Shown one piece after another: positions 47,062-61,400 of a stretch of 64,000 nt of DNA. Within the stretch, counting starts at the first letter, position 1. Every line of letters begins with the position of its first letter. The position numbers were made by a program, and so were the translations under genes. The stretch is from the human T2T-CHM13v2.0 reference genome, Homo sapiens: the NCBI RefSeq assembly GCF_009914755.1, contig NC_060927.1. One strand, 5' to 3'. The notes beneath the pieces are model-generated. The model was given only the letters and a program-made list of their open reading frames with translations. It was not told the origin of the DNA and ran no database searches.

Positions 47062-47812
47062 ACATAAGAAGATGCTCAACATCATTAATCACACGGGAAA
47101 TGCAAATCAAAACCACTTGACACCCGCTAGGACAGCTAAAATAAAAAATAGCAATAACAAAACCGTTGGTGAGTATGTGAAGAAATTGGAACTCTATGGT
47201 GAAGATGTACAGTGGTGCAGTAGCTTTGGAAACCAGTTTGGCCATTTCTCCAAAGGTTAAACATGGAGTCACCGTATGACCCAGCAATTCCACTTCTAGG
47301 TAAATACCCAAGAGAGCTGACAACATGTGTCCACACAAAAACTTGTGCGAAAATGTTCCTAACAGCTTTATTTATCAGAGCCCCCAAATTGAAACAACCT
47401 AAATATCCATTAAATGATGAATGGATAACACAACATGTGGTATATTCGTATCATGGAATATTACTCAGCCATAAATAGGAAAGAAGTACTGATTCATGCT
47501 GTAAGAATGAACCTTGAAAACATTATGCTAAGTCAAAGACAGAAAAGGCTATACTGTTGTATGATACCACTGTAATATGTCCAGAACAGGCAAATTTATA
47601 GTTAGAAAGTAGATTAGTGGTTGCAAAGGGCTGGAGGAAGATGAGAATGGAGGGTTACTTCTAATGGGTATGGGATTTCTTTCTGGGATAATGAAAATGT
47701 TCTGGAATTAAGATAGTAGTGAGATGATTGACAATCTTAGGAATATACACTTTAAAGGGGTGAATTTTATGGTATATGAATCATATCTCAATTAAAGAAA
47801 TAAATTTTTAAA
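47062..47812 (+). mobile_element. Old L1 (L1MB-like) 3' fragment
   Basis: GATGCTCAACATCATTA, ATGACCCAGCAATTCCACTTCTAGG, AGTAGATTAGTGGTTGC. Confidence 0.8.
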
Positions 47813-47847
47813 ACCTGACAACATTGCCTGATATCTAGCAGACACTG

Positions 47848-48300
47848 GTGTTCCATCCATCGCCCCTTTGTGTTTAATGTCTTGGTGTACACTGGCATGA
47901 CTTCCTACCTACTGCCAGCACCTGCATCTCTGCCTGAGGCCTTTCTCTGGCTGCTGGAGCCCACTCTGTCCACACACACTGATAGGCCACAAATGCCAGG
48001 GAATTAACATTTCCCAGTAGCAGCCCTCAGCCAATGGCTAATGGGAGTTCTTGTAGAAACAGCCCAGCTTCATCCCCACTCAGGCACTGTTATTCCATTC
48101 CCAGAGATCCCCAATAGGATTAAGAGTCACTTGTTAACAGTGGTAACATGCCTGAATACACACTCTTCATTACTTCCTTCTCTTTCTGGACTCATTTCCC
48201 AAATCTCCCTCTGGTGTTTCCTGGCATTGCTTCCCAAATAAACTATGTGTACTTGCATCCTTGCCTCAGCATCTGCTCTGAGGGGACTCACATCAAACAC
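47848..48300 (+). mobile_element. LTR16-like (ERVL) solo LTR
   Basis: CAGCCCTCAGCCAATGGC..CCCAAATAAACTA..TCCTTGCCTCAGCATCTGCT. Confidence 0.6.
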
Positions 48301-49428
48301 AGAAACTTAAACATATTAGCTACTATAATTCACTCTGTACTGTCTGATAACTGTACTGTCTGATATTCTAGACGAAAGTAATTCCTATGAAGTTTTTTTC
48401 TCTTTCATGGGATTGAACTCATTTGGAGACTCAAGACTGGTGAAATTTGAAAAGCAAAAGACTAGAAGCTTTTGCTTCTGCTTAAACAACCGACATGAGA
48501 TTTCTATACTATCAGTGACAATGATGACAAAATGCACATTAAGAATGATCAATAAATGGGCAATTACTATTAATAGTAATAGTTCTGTTTACTCATGTCA
48601 AATATTTCATATCAATAGTTTAGCAGTTCTTGTGACCATTATATTCCTTAAAAACTTCTATGTCAGAGAGAAGGCTAATACTACTACATTCGGTCTACGG
48701 ACAGGTAATGGAAGGTGCAATATCCTGTATTAAGACTACATAATAAGCCAGTAGGAGGATGGGCCAGGAGTTCAACAGTTCCACAATATGTCAGAGCATC
48801 ACTATTCTGCTAAGAACCCTTTCCCCAAGGAAGCCTTTAACTTAATGACATAGAACCTGAACAAAATTCTTATTATCTTCTTGAGTCTCTGGGAAGGAGA
48901 CTCTTTGTTAACCCCAGGCTATTTTCTAGCCAGACTGATGTTGAACTTAAATCCTTTCTGCTGTGGCCCAAATCCACTGCTTTCATGCTCACTGAGTGCT
49001 GACTACATACCAGGCCCTGTGAGACTGCAAGGGTACAATGATGAGCAAGTTACAGAGCCTGCTTTCAGGAGCTCACAGTCTTTGGGTCTGGACACTGGTC
49101 ATGACAGGATACACACTTCCTTAAACCACGCTCATTTGCAAACCACTTCCACCTCATTTGCAAATCACCACCTGCCTGATTTTGCCTTATGCAGCCACTC
49201 ACCGAGCTGTAACCTATATGTGTTGAGACCTACTGGGCCCTGTGAGGACTTTATCAGGGAACTGTCTGTATCACAGTTTGATAGTACAGGTGATGGGGTA
49301 TCACTCAAGATGTACTGTATTGAGCAGAGAGAGCCTCCTTGGTCTCCTGGGGCACTGGGCAGTGTTTGAATGGTATAGGGCCTGATGGCAACAGCAACAC
49401 CTGAACCAGCACGGAGGCTGCCACTCAC

Positions 49429-49505
49429 CTGATGCTTTTGGAGCTCCTGGACATATCTGGTCATCTCCTCCTCTGTCTGGGTCTGGGCCCCCTTCTGATT
49501 CTTTC
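49429..49505 (-). CDS. FSTL1: FSTL1 exon 10 ([26 protein letters not shown])
   Basis: 77 nt, CAG acceptor, GTGAGT donor. Confidence 0.96.
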
Positions 49506-49837
49506 CTGCAAGAAGAACCAAAGCTCAGAGCAGTAGCAGCTGTGGTAAGCCAGTGAGGAATCCGCCAAGATCTACCTAGAGGCTCTCAATTCATCTCCCA
49601 TTTAACTTGTGGAAGGAGAGGTGAATTACCCACATTTTCTGAGTATGAAGGCATGAAGGGGCCCTGTGTAATTGATACCTCCAAGGTAACACATTGTAAC
49701 AAAGCAATCTACCCCAACTCCTCTCTGGCCTTTGTTCCTTTAACTGCTTAGCACATCCCAGCCAGAAGCTGGCCCTACAAAAAAAGTTATGGTGAAAACT
49801 TGGATCCTGACACTGGAGATTTCTCTGAGACAATGAC

Positions 49838-50012
49838 TCTCAAGTCATTCATATACCATCAAAATGTCCTGGAGAACATTTGAAAAGATAGCTGTCTAGT
49901 TCCACCTTCAGAGATTCTGATTTAATTGATGTGAGGTGAGATCTGGACACCAGTATTTTTTTACAAGTCTTTCTAGTTGGTTCTAATGTGCAGCCAGGGT
50001 TGACAACCATTT
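49838..50012. mobile_element. MER5A-like hAT MITE
   Basis: CAGAGATTCTGATTTAATTG..GGTTCTAATGTGCAGCCAGGGTTGA. Confidence 0.65.
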
Positions 50013-51116
50013 CATCTAGCAATGTTTCTGAAACTTGCACAGTGATAAACAAAAACAAAAACTACACAGGTTCCCAAGCTGCTCTTTTGCAAATTCTGAT
50101 TTACTAGGTTTAGGATGAAATCTCTAGGCTTATCAAGTAGAATGTTGACCATTAGGAAACACTTCTAGGACATATCTCCCAAACATTGCTATCAACCTTC
50201 CCTTCACAGCAGTTTCCCTTGGCTCTGCCTCCTCCTGGCTTCAAATTTTGATGCCCCTTCTTGCTTGTCCCATTTTGATTTGTGATCTAAGATCAGACTG
50301 CTAACTCTCAGGTATTAACCTGAAAATGCCCCAGAATGCTGGCTCCACAAACTCCTCTTAGATCCACGGCCTACACATCCATACGTGCTCAGGCCCCTGG
50401 GGCACCACCATCTAACATGGGTTGCTCCATGTTATACCCACATAGAGTTCTGGACTTGGTCATCCAGGGAGGATGAGCAGCCCATAGCTGAGTGGCTGTG
50501 GAAATGGGCAACATCCCATGAAGCTGATCATTTGAATTTTGTCTGATGCATGTGATAGAGATTATTATCCAAATGACCATGCTTATTCTATAAGCCAACT
50601 GCATACCAACTGCCTGCACCTTAGAAATGGAGGGCTACCTTTACAAAGCCAGAACAGCAGCAGTTAGAAGCGGAGAGGTACTGAAGGGAGTTTAGGGAAG
50701 ACAAGTATAGGATGCTTCATGGTTGAGGCAGGCTAGGCCACTGACTGTTTTGAGATGTGTTTTGTTGGTTTCAGTAGCAACTCTGTGTTTGGTCTGGAGA
50801 TCCTGGCTTGGTCTTGACTTCTAGGAACTTGTAGGAATTTCTAGTCTCTAAACAGCCTCTTCCTGTTCCTTCACCTGTCCCTGTAGTTACATTGGTTTGC
50901 TGTCGTTCCACACTGAAAACAGACTTGGTCCTGGGCAGCGGTAGACCAGTGATACCTTAGATAGTACTGGGCCATTTATACTGTTGGTGTTCTCTAGGAT
51001 CCTTGTCTAGAAGAGCCTCATCCTGGGTTTCTGACCTCTGTCTCCTAGTTACCATTTAACCTGATCTTCCTGAACATTATCTTAGGTTCCAGCCAGCTCT
51101 TCCTTGACACAGTTAA

Positions 51117-51416
<300 letters not shown>

Positions 51417-52352
51417 GATATAACTTTAGGTTCACCCTAGCTGGTGAAACTTTTCGGCCTGGTTCCAAATGACCTTAAGGCAATTCTCCGTTGCAGACCT
51501 GGCTTCAACACCCTTCTCTGTCTTGCCTCCACTCTGAATATCCCTGGTTCTTTGCTAGGGCTCGGCTTTAAGAGTCCCTCTTGATCTTTGGCATCATTGT
51601 AGCCCAGGACCCAGATGGGACTCCAGTGGTTCCAACATACCCTGTAGCCTCACACTGCCCCACAAACTCTCAGATTTCTCTGTCTCCCCAGACCACCCTG
51701 CACATATCTCAACTAGCTCAACTTTCTCTTTTTAAAAAAGATTACCCATCTCTGTTAGTTGAAAGAGGGTCTACAAACATATTTTCTTTTTCTGCTGGGT
51801 ATGGCAAGGAGAAGTCATTTTGTCTTCCAACCACTAGTCTTTTACCATTTCCTAAGGTGTTATAAGGATCAATGGGTTAATATGTAAAGTGCTTAGAAGA
51901 GAGCCTGGCACATGGTTTTTGCTGAGTATTTGCTTTCACTGTTACTATTCCATTATTATTTTTGATTATTATTAAATAATAATTATTGTTTTTATTTTAA
52001 TGTTTTAATTATTAAATAATTACTATTTTTAATTATTATTCCATTATTACTACTTTCACTGTTACTATTTCCATAATGTTACTATTCCATTATCATTTAC
52101 TTTTGCCCGGGGTCTTGGTCCTCTCTTATTCCAAGCCTCTGGAGTGATTTTCAAACTGAATGCCTATGGGATAAATGTTCTGCCCTCAAAGCTCCCCACT
52201 TGGGGCTCCAACCTTACAGGTGTGGGTCTGCCTGGGTTCCTTGCTCCCAGCCACCGCCCTCTTCTCCATCATCCCCACCCCAACTTCTCTCATGCTGATT
52301 TCATGAAGCTCTCTCCTTGCTGTTTTTTCTTTCTGCTTGAAGCACAGCTCAC

Positions 52353-52463
52353 CGTCACAGGTCATGGCTGTACAGACCCAATTTCCACAGGCACAGACAC
52401 AGCGGTTACAGTCCACCTCGGTCTCAGCTCCATCTGCATACGTTTCATCCTCCAGGGCACACT
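52353..52463 (-). CDS. FSTL1: FSTL1 exon 9 (vWC domain: [36 protein letters not shown])
   Basis: 111 nt, CAG acceptor, GTGAGC donor. Confidence 0.97.
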
Positions 52464-52786
52464 CTGTTGGGCCAGAAATACGGGGCAACAGTTTAGCTGT
52501 GAGGGTGGAACAGGGCATCTTTGCTACAGTCTGTGCACCTTACCCTTTTTTCCCAGACAAGACCTGCCTGTCCCTCAGAAGCACTATATCTGAGCAAACA
52601 CTACCATCAACCTAAAGAATGTGGGGCCCTAACTTCACCATGGGGAGAATGGGCTGGGGCCCAGTTTAGAATCATGGAAGGGGATTTTCTCAGCTAGCTC
52701 TGGAGAGTTCCACCAATCCTCTCTATCTTGGCTCCTACAAAATGCCTCCATTCACTACAGCTCTCTATTTCTTAGGTTAGGCATAC

Positions 52787-52899
52787 TCTTCTCAGGAGGG
52801 TTGAAAGATGGGTTGAGGCACTTGAGAAACTCTTGGAAGCTGAGTTTCCAATCAGCATTTTCATCAGACAGTTCAATGAGAGCATCAACACAGAGTCCC
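52787..52899 (-). CDS. FSTL1: FSTL1 exon 8 (EF-hand 2: [37 protein letters not shown])
   Basis: 113 nt, CAG acceptor, GTATGC donor. Confidence 0.96.
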
Positions 52900-53400
52900 C
52901 TGAAACAAAACACAGGAGAAATGTGTTAGCAAGACCTCAGCTTCGCTCAGAAGAAAGGAAGTAAGCATCAGGACCACATACACCCAGGGCCTCCACAGGA
53001 GGCCAAGAAGATGACTGCTAACTAAAACACCCTCTCTCTACACTGACCCAACACAACTATTATCCATCCTGACCAATGCAGGCATCTAACCTTTAGTTTG
53101 TTATATGAATGTCAGATCACCCAGGCTGTCCAAATGTTCCCCCCCTTAAGATGACTAAAGTTTCGTGAATGGTTTTGTCTAATGTTTTCACTGCCTGCAT
53201 ACCTTCCACTAGCAATTGCTTTTCCCCATGGTATATACACGTCAAGTCAACCAAACTAGGAAAATCAAAACAGAAGAGATATGACAGATGACATGAAAGG
53301 AATATAGGATTTGAAAGAATACGAAGTTCAAGCAAGAATCACCATTATCATCCTTCTAGAAAGAGATTTTCAGAAAAGCTTTTAGAACTCAGCTCCATCA

Positions 53401-53551
53401 GCTTGCAGTGAGCCGAGATCCCGCCACTGCACTCCAGCCTGGGCGACAGAGCGAGACTCCGTCTCAAAAAAAAAAAAAAAAAAAAAACAAAAACAAAAAC
53501 AAAACAAAACAACAACAACAACAACAACAAAAAACAAAACAAACAAAAAAA
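53401..53551 (+). mobile_element. Very young, 5'-truncated AluY (Ya5-type) with long A-rich tail
   Basis: 65-bp body GCTTGCAGTGAGCCGAGATCCCGCCACTGC.. with all CpGs intact; ~85-nt tail; perfect 15-bp TSD AACTCAGCTCCATCA. Confidence 0.88.
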
Positions 53552-54397
53552 AACTCAGCTCCATCACTTCTTTCTTGGGCTGTATTTGAGCCCTGGCTCA
53601 ATCACTTACTACTCAAATGGACTTGAGCTAGTTATTCAACTTTTCTGAGCCTGTCTTCCCATCCGTAAAAGGAGGACAAGAAGCCCTCCTTCACTGGGAT
53701 ATCATGAGGCTCAAACGTTGAAATTATAAAACATATAATTTCAGATTATCAAAATATGAAGGATTTACAGAACCTATACTTTAAGGTCATAGACTATTAT
53801 TAAAGAAGAATCCTTCTAGAAACTGTGCAATGCACTTCTTTTGAAAAAAAGACATGCTTTTCCTATTTTTAATTCTTACCGATGTGCTGAAACCACATCA
53901 AAAGTTTCTTAGCGATTAGTTTTTATTAATATTGATTCTGGAATAATGCCATAAAAGTAGACGGGCATATATCTGTAACAGTTAGGGCAATTGACATGAA
54001 ATAGCACTAATTATCTAAAAATCAGAACAAAGCTATTTTAGACCTATAGTTAAATAATACATTACTGTAATTCCTTCAGAAAATTAATCAGTAAAACATC
54101 ACCCACAACATTCAGAAATAACTTGCTCTGACGTGCCCTTGGCAATTTATTTTAAAATTATATTCTTCTAGTCCTTGCAAGTTCTGACCAAAAACAATAA
54201 CTATTTGATTAGATATCAGTGGTACTCAATATATTAATTCATACTTTCATAGAATAGAACAGGACAGAATTCCCATTTTGCTTTTTACGTGACATTCTCT
54301 CACTGGTGGCTCTTTTGCAGGTGGGAAAGGGTTTAAGTCCCCTCTCTCAGTTAGTCTTCCCTTGTGGATCATTCTCTGACCTCTCGGTTCCTCTCAC

Positions 54398-54516
54398 CTA
54401 AGCAACTTGTTGTTCTCCTGGTCTGGATACGTTGTAATATTGATGGCAGTTTCATTCTGTTCCACAAACTTCAGGAATTCACTGGAGTCCAGGCGAGAAT
54501 CACCATTATCAAAGTT
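54398..54516 (-). CDS. FSTL1: FSTL1 exon 7 (EF-hand 1: [40 protein letters not shown])
   Basis: 119 nt, TAG acceptor, GTGAGA donor. Confidence 0.96.
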
Positions 54517-56357
54517 CTAGAAAGGGCATGACAAGATCGTTCAGGGATGTTTTGCAGAACCCCTGTTCCATCATTACTCCACTCAGCTGACCTGCCTCTG
54601 ATTCATCTTGTTCTTGATACATTCCAACCCTGCCCTGACCTCAGAGGGCCATGGCAACAAATGCTCTAATCCCTGGGACATGCAGAGAAGGTACCTGTGC
54701 CCACAATGAGAGAGGAAAAGTGCCTGGGCAGAGGAGGCAACCTGAACTGAGGCCTCTGGGGTCCCTAAGCATGCTGTGTGGCCCCATCTCTGACACTGCC
54801 CTGTAGACACTTTTGACTATACCTTTGGGTTCAGACCAACCTGCACATCATGTTCTCAAGCCCTGATGAACATGTAACAAGAGTTTAAAGTTGCACGCTG
54901 TGAATCAGAATCTCTGTAGCAGGTCCCAGAATATGTTTCTAATGAGCTGCTCAGGAACAGCAGCAATGCAGATGACCCTCTGAGCTCACTTTGGAATTAT
55001 AGGAGTCCAAATCTTGTTGCTTGATTCCAGCCTCCTTGTCCTGTTCTCAGTGCTTAACTTTCACTTTGGTGCCCGTAACTGATCACATCAGTGAGAACTC
55101 AGGCAAAGGCCTCAAAGCAATAAGCTACAGACAGGGGTCATCATGCAAAGTTCCCGCTCCTCTGCCCTGTGGGCCCCACTGCAGATGTGTGCACAGGTCC
55201 TCAGATCATCCAGCTCAGGCTGCCCTCATGACCCAGCTGGCATCCCACAAGCACAAAGTGAGGAGTGCAGTAAGCTCACACACTGTTCTCTATGGCAAGA
55301 TGCTAAACTGAGACCTCAGCCATCTGGGACCATTCAAGACACCCAGGCACTAGCTGCAGGAGGAGGGTGTCAAATCAAGACTGATCAAATTCCAAGTTGC
55401 ATATGGCTGCTCTCCTAACAAATTTCAATAGCATTTTCCCCCTTCCTCCCAAATCCTTTCCCTAGGCTCCCTCATGCTGCTGCCCTGGGAAAGGATCAGC
55501 TTCCCCATGTTACTTTCAAGATGGCTCCCCAGATGGTGCAAGGGATTCTGGAAGAAACATCTATCCAAATTTCTAGATAGAAGGGGAAGATGTAGCTAAC
55601 AACTCTCCTCTCCTGCTTGCCATGTGTCACAGGTGTTCCACTCTAATGTTGTATAATGAAGGTGTGCATGAAACAACTATTAGGCCTTTGCTTAGTACGT
55701 ACTTATCATTCTTGTCCTAATTCCTAGGAACAGGTCTCTGATGTCCTTTATTCACTATACAATTTTCCCTGACGAAACTTCCCTGTTTACCTTGTGAAGT
55801 CTTGATTAATTAATGGAAAATAATTAAATAAGTTTGGCTGGGGGCCATTGTTAGTAGCACAGGGCTTTCTTGAGTTCAAATATTGCATGTGCTGGGTAAA
55901 TGACAGCAACCCTCAAAGACTCCAGTGTCATCAGGGCCTGATGATGGAATGAGTGTAGGGAGGGGAAACGTCCAGCACTAGCTACAGACCCAGTGCCACA
56001 TGGCCCAAGTGGGCACCATGAACCTGGCAACCACAGTCCAGGCAGCTCTCAAAAGGCAGTGCTGTGTACACACACTTCAGTAGGACTAGAATAAGGCCTG
56101 CAGCTGGGGGAAGGTCCAGCCCATGTGCTTTCTCAACTCATGAGGGTCCAGTTGGGCCTCCCCAGGCCAGAGCTGTATGTAGAATCCACAGGAACACAGA
56201 ATTCTGGTGCCTGCCCCAGAAATAGCCTGGAATGCCTGGGGGGTCTGCCTGTGAGGTCCTAATCATGGACCATGAACCAACCTAATTTATTGAGCCTCTC
56301 TTCAGCCAGTCAGTTACAAAGACATAATATCTCTCTGTGCCTCTTTCCCCAGCTCTA

Positions 56358-56672
56358 TACAGGTTGATTATCCCTTATCTGAAATGCTTGGGACCAGAAG
56401 TGTTTCAGATTTCAGATTTTGGAAAGTTTAAATATGTATAATGAGATATCTTGGGGATGGGATCCAAATGTAAACATGAAATTCATCCCTGTTTCCTATA
56501 TACCTTACACATATAGCCTGAAGGTAATTTTATACAATAGTTTAAATCATTTTGTGCATGAAACAAAGTTTTGACTGTGTTTTGAATGCTACCCATCACA
56601 TGAATTCAGGTGTGAAATTTTCCACTTATGGCATCATGTTGGTGCTCAAAAAGTTTCAGATTTCAGCATTTG
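56358..56672. mobile_element. Tigger4/MER46-type DNA transposon remnant
   Basis: TACAGGTTGATTATCCCTTATCTGAAATGCTTGGGACCAGAAGTGTTTCAGATTTC terminus. Confidence 0.7.
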
Positions 56673-59078
56673 AGGTAACAAAACTTTTCCTCTATCTAAC
56701 TGTAGGGTTGTGGAAAGGCAGAAAAGATGTATGTCATGAGATCTGTTCTTGGGGCTTATCAATGTAAGTTTGGAGACTCTTCAGAGGAGATGGGCTGAGA
56801 CAGGCACTTGCTTGTGCACAGCAGCTGGGGCTGTGTGGGCTGTGGTGCCAGGGTAAAGGAGATAAGAAGGCTGGCTCAAGTGTCAGCCCTGGCCATCAGG
56901 AGCCACAGGGATTGAGATCACACCCAGATGAAATTAGGAATGGATTAGATTCCAAATTCCAAGAGCATGGAAGGCTCTTTCTACCTGGGTCTTTCTTTCT
57001 TCATTCTGTTACGCTTTCACCTAAGAAACAGTGACTACATCACTGGTTATGGTGAAAGTCAGATTTTGGCCTTATTCAAATTCTAATTCAATTTGGTTTT
57101 TGAACAATTTTGATGTAAGAAATGCCAGCTGGGCTGGGGAGCATTTCATTGGTTCATAACAGTCTCTTTGAGATATCAGACCTCTCACCAACAGGCAGCT
57201 GCTGACCTAGGAGGAGGCAGTCTCCCTTTGAAGACAGCAGCATGTAAGACTCTGATAATCATCAAAAAGTAGAAAATGAAACCTGTTTTCTCCTGTTAGA
57301 CACTGCCAGAGTGTCTGGGAAGAGGGGATTTTGTGTCTGTCAGTCATGATCAAGCTTTCTTAGATGCCTGGTTGTGAGAATGTCCTAGAGAAGAGCTACT
57401 TTCCCAAAGGGCCTTATAGCTTTCAGAAGGGAGCCTGTAAAAGTGAGTTACTGCTGGAGGAGATGGAGATGTGTTGAGGGGAATGTGGCATAGGTTCTTG
57501 GGAATCAAATCTAATAGCAGGTGTCAGTGATGCCTGAGGCAGAGTGCCATCAAAGGGCCACTAAAAAATGGTTACAACGTCCTAAGTGGCCCCTGGGAAG
57601 GAGTGTCCTGGGCCCCACACCTCCTATGCTGTAATTGCAGGGCAAAGTCACTGCTCACACACAGCAGGCCCTGCAGGTACCTTTACCATTCGCTCAGCTT
57701 TTGAACAGTCACTTTCTTTACATTACTTTCTGTTCCTGTCCAAGTCTCCTGGCTCAGCACTATGATGTGTTTTTCTGTAGAAGAGGAACCATTCTTCCTC
57801 TAAGGGCTCTGTAATGTGGGAGTGATTGAGAGAGAGGACAGAGCAAGAAAGGCTGTGCTTTTTCATCTGGGTATGATCTCAAAAACTTGGAATCCAGAGA
57901 TTTAGTATCTGCCATAGAGGAGAGAAATCTCTACGTAAAAATGACACAAGTGAAGTCTTAAATGACCAAATATCCATTTGAAGCCAACCCAGTATTTCTT
58001 CATCTGCGGGTTCTATAGTGTCAGAAAGAGAAATCCACAGACTAGACTGGCATTGGCCACATTAGGTGGCCTCAGAGCTGCCAAGAAAAGTCCTTCATGT
58101 GTCTGAAGTTGCTCCTGAGTCCTGGCTGGGTTGGGCCCTGGAAGCATGTGAGGGAGTAGATGGCTGGGGCATCTACCTAGTGAAGAGGGCTTTGGTGCTT
58201 GCATGGAAATGTGGGTATCTGAATGTGTCTGCATGTAGGATGTGTCTCTGTGTGGCATGTGAGTCTCTGTATGTGGTGTGTGTGTGCGTGTCTGGCATGT
58301 TTTGAGTTTAAGTGTGTCCTTCTCTGTGCTTCTGAGTGTGATATTCTGAGTGTGATGTACCTGTGTGTGTGTGTCTGTTCTTGTCAATCAGCTGTAAGAA
58401 TGCCCTTAATTGCTTCTTCTAACTCTCAAGTTCTGTGAAAGATCTGCATGGCATGATAACCCGAGCCATCGCTAAATATTATAGCTTCCTTCATTTCTCT
58501 TTGTGAAAATAGCATCTCTCCTGCTCCCAAGTGGAACACTCTGTCTCTTCAACTAATTATGATTGGGAACAGCAATATCTAAGTTCAGGAACAATCTCTG
58601 GACCCATGAAATGCCAGTCCATTGATTCTTCTCATATGAAGACTCTCTCCAAGCCATTGGCAGTCAAGTTAATGACTTAGAGAAATGTCAAACTAGGCAG
58701 GAAAGAGGCCAAAGTGGTCCAGGTCTGGGTGCAATCAGAGGGAATTTTGTATTAACAGCCAGATCCATAAGGTGTCATGGCGAGTAGGGGACAGAGCTTG
58801 GCCCTAACTGACAGGTTCTCCAAGACCTTTGTGGCTTTCACTGCCTGAAGGCAGCAGCACATGTGTGTTAGATCCCAAAGACTCCACTGCTTACTCCCAC
58901 TGATCAAGCTGGTCAGAAGGCAACTTTCACAGCTTCATGAATGATCTATGATGAGGAAACTCAGGGTGTCTGTGCAGGTTTACATTTCCTGTGGTCTGGG
59001 AAGGTGTGATCGGGCAATGGGAGGAGGAAGCTTCCCTTTCTATGGGCCTGAATAGTCTTCCTCCTACCTCTGGATTAC

Positions 59079-59209
59079 CTTAAAATACTTGTCTAGGATT
59101 TCACTGTAGTTGCTGCCTTTAGAGAACCAGCCATCTGGAATGATCTCAGCTTCCAGCCACTGGATGATGCGACGTCGGAGCTCATCACGGTTGGACTGAT
59201 AGCAAACAA
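59079..59209 (-). CDS. FSTL1: FSTL1 exon 6 ([44 protein letters not shown])
   Basis: 131 nt, CAG acceptor, GTAATC donor. Confidence 0.97.
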
Positions 59210-60498
59210 CTGCAGGAAAGTGGAGGATGTCAGCTGGAGCAGTCAGGGGAGGACCCCAGTGATATCTGGCACCCACTGTGTGGGAGCATCCGTGCCCATG
59301 GTTCTGCATATGTCATCCCAGCAACACAGGGAGATAGGATTAGCACATCCAGGGTACACAACTGGAAAAAGTCTAGCCCAGGATTCAAGCACCCATCTCT
59401 AAAATATTTGTAAAGATTGAGAATATTGAAACAGAGAGATTTTGCTGCTTATGTGAGAAATAACTAGAGCAGAAAAATAATAAAGGATACTTTCATTAAC
59501 TTTAGGAAGCTGAAGGGGAAAAAATCAATAAAGCAGCTCTCTTGACTCAAAGATGAGCTGAAATAATACATGAATAAATGAGAATATTACAGTTTTTATG
59601 CTACTAGATTTCTGATTTTCTCCAGTTTCTCCCTTTCTCGCCAACTAGGTCCATCCAAACTTCCCCCCACTTACAACTGTATACCACCTGCATCATCCTT
59701 TATTATGAACAACAGAATGTGAAGGCCAGTGAGGGCTACGTCGAAGCCCTGCTCTGGACAGCTGTTGTCCACTGGAAATAACAGGGGGTGCTGAGAGTTG
59801 AGTGGATGGGGAAGCAGAGGAGAGAAAGCTTTGGCAAAAGAGAATTCCTGGAAGACAACACATGCTGTGGGTGAAAAGGGCACTGGGCCAGGGGAATGAA
59901 AATCTGGGAGTTCTTCCCCAGTCTGCCAATTACTAGCTGTGTGATATAGAAAACTCACTTAGCCTCTTTGAGCCTCAATTTCCTCATCTATATGGTAATT
60001 ACAATAAGATCTACTTCACAAAGGCTACCGTGAGAATCTAAGGAAAGTATGTGCAAAAAAGCTCTGTAACTATAAATCATGATAAAATTTTAGTGATCAC
60101 TAATAGAAAACCACAGAAGTCTTACTGGCATTTCCAGTTATCCCCTTTCAAAAAGAGTTGTGCCTTCTATTTGCTGGTCCCATGACACGAGCATGTCTTA
60201 TAGGATGTTGAAAAATGAACTCAGTGGCTTTCCTGTTTATGCAGTTCAATCACTACTCAGGAAAAATGGGAAAACACAGCCAACATTCTGACCCAACCAG
60301 CTGCTTCAATTGGCAAACACATACACAAATGTAGTTTTGCAGCTTTTCTGAGCTGTGTTGAGGAGTGGCCAGTTCTGGGACACAATTCTGATGCATAGAA
60401 GATCTTATGAGCTTGGCAGGGATTGTGGAACACAAAATTTCTATCATGAAAAGAATGTCCTCCCTGAGATGCACACAGTAGAAAAAATAGGCACTCAC

Positions 60499-60531
60499 CT
60501 GGGCTGGCAGATGGACTTACGGATTTCTTCT
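60499..60531 (-). CDS. FSTL1: FSTL1 exon 5, 33-nt microexon (EKKSVSPSASP)
   Basis: CAG acceptor, GTGAGT donor, phase 1-1, fills the gap in the known FSTL1 peptide. Confidence 0.93.
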
Positions 60532-61400
60532 CTGCAAGACAAAAAGAGAAAACGTGTAATGCGAAGTGAAGGAAAAAAGAAAATTTTTCTGTATTTCTAG
60601 GATTACAGCTGCTCTACATGTAGGGGAATGTTTGTAACCTTTTCATCATTTTGTCTTGAATCCTTTCCCTTCCTTTCCTTCTTCTAGGGCCCAGGTATGA
60701 GGATCTTCTGTCTCCTGCTTTGTCTGACAATTTAGGGCCACTGAGTTACCCTTCTGGCCTCATACCTCCTCCTGTTGCATTGAGGGGTCACTGGGATTTT
60801 GAGAATTCAAATGGAGAATCATTCTGGACAGGGAATGGAGTGGAGACAATCACCTGGGAAACAGCTTCTTGTTTCTTCAAGGAAGGGCAAGGCTGAGAGG
60901 GGCTGGGCAGGGCTATGGCTTGGCAGGGGGCTGGTATCTAATTAGCAACAAGTGTGGGACTTCTTCCTTCTTATTCTAATGGCAGTGGTTTCAGTGCAAA
61001 ATAGAGGAAACAATACTGAGAGGTGCCCAAATTAAAAAGCATGGGAAAAGTGAAACTTACCTACTTTCTAAAAAGGTACATAATTCATTTAAGGAACTTT
61101 CTTATTGTTACTGATTTACTGATGGGGTCCACCCTATCTACTATCCAGCTGCAGACAGTGCTGAAAACCCCCATGGGGATCTGATATAGCAAACCCTGGG
61201 CAGAGGCCTGGGCCATCCAGGGCAAACCCAGCAGGCTCATAAGTGACAAGAGGATGCAACTCCAACCAACTGGGCGCTTTCCACAGCTTTGAGAGGCTGT
61301 GGTCGTGGAGGAAAGACCATGTGGTCAGCCAGGCCACACTGCTCTGTTCCTTGGCTCCCCGTGGCTAAAGCTGCCTTGCAGTGGTGAGAGCACACCTTAC

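Noticed and set aside
51930-52100. Repeated ACTTTCACTGTTACTATT units in AT-rich DNA, superficially array-like
   Set aside because: Low-complexity slippage next to a MIR end; no repeat-spacer regularity
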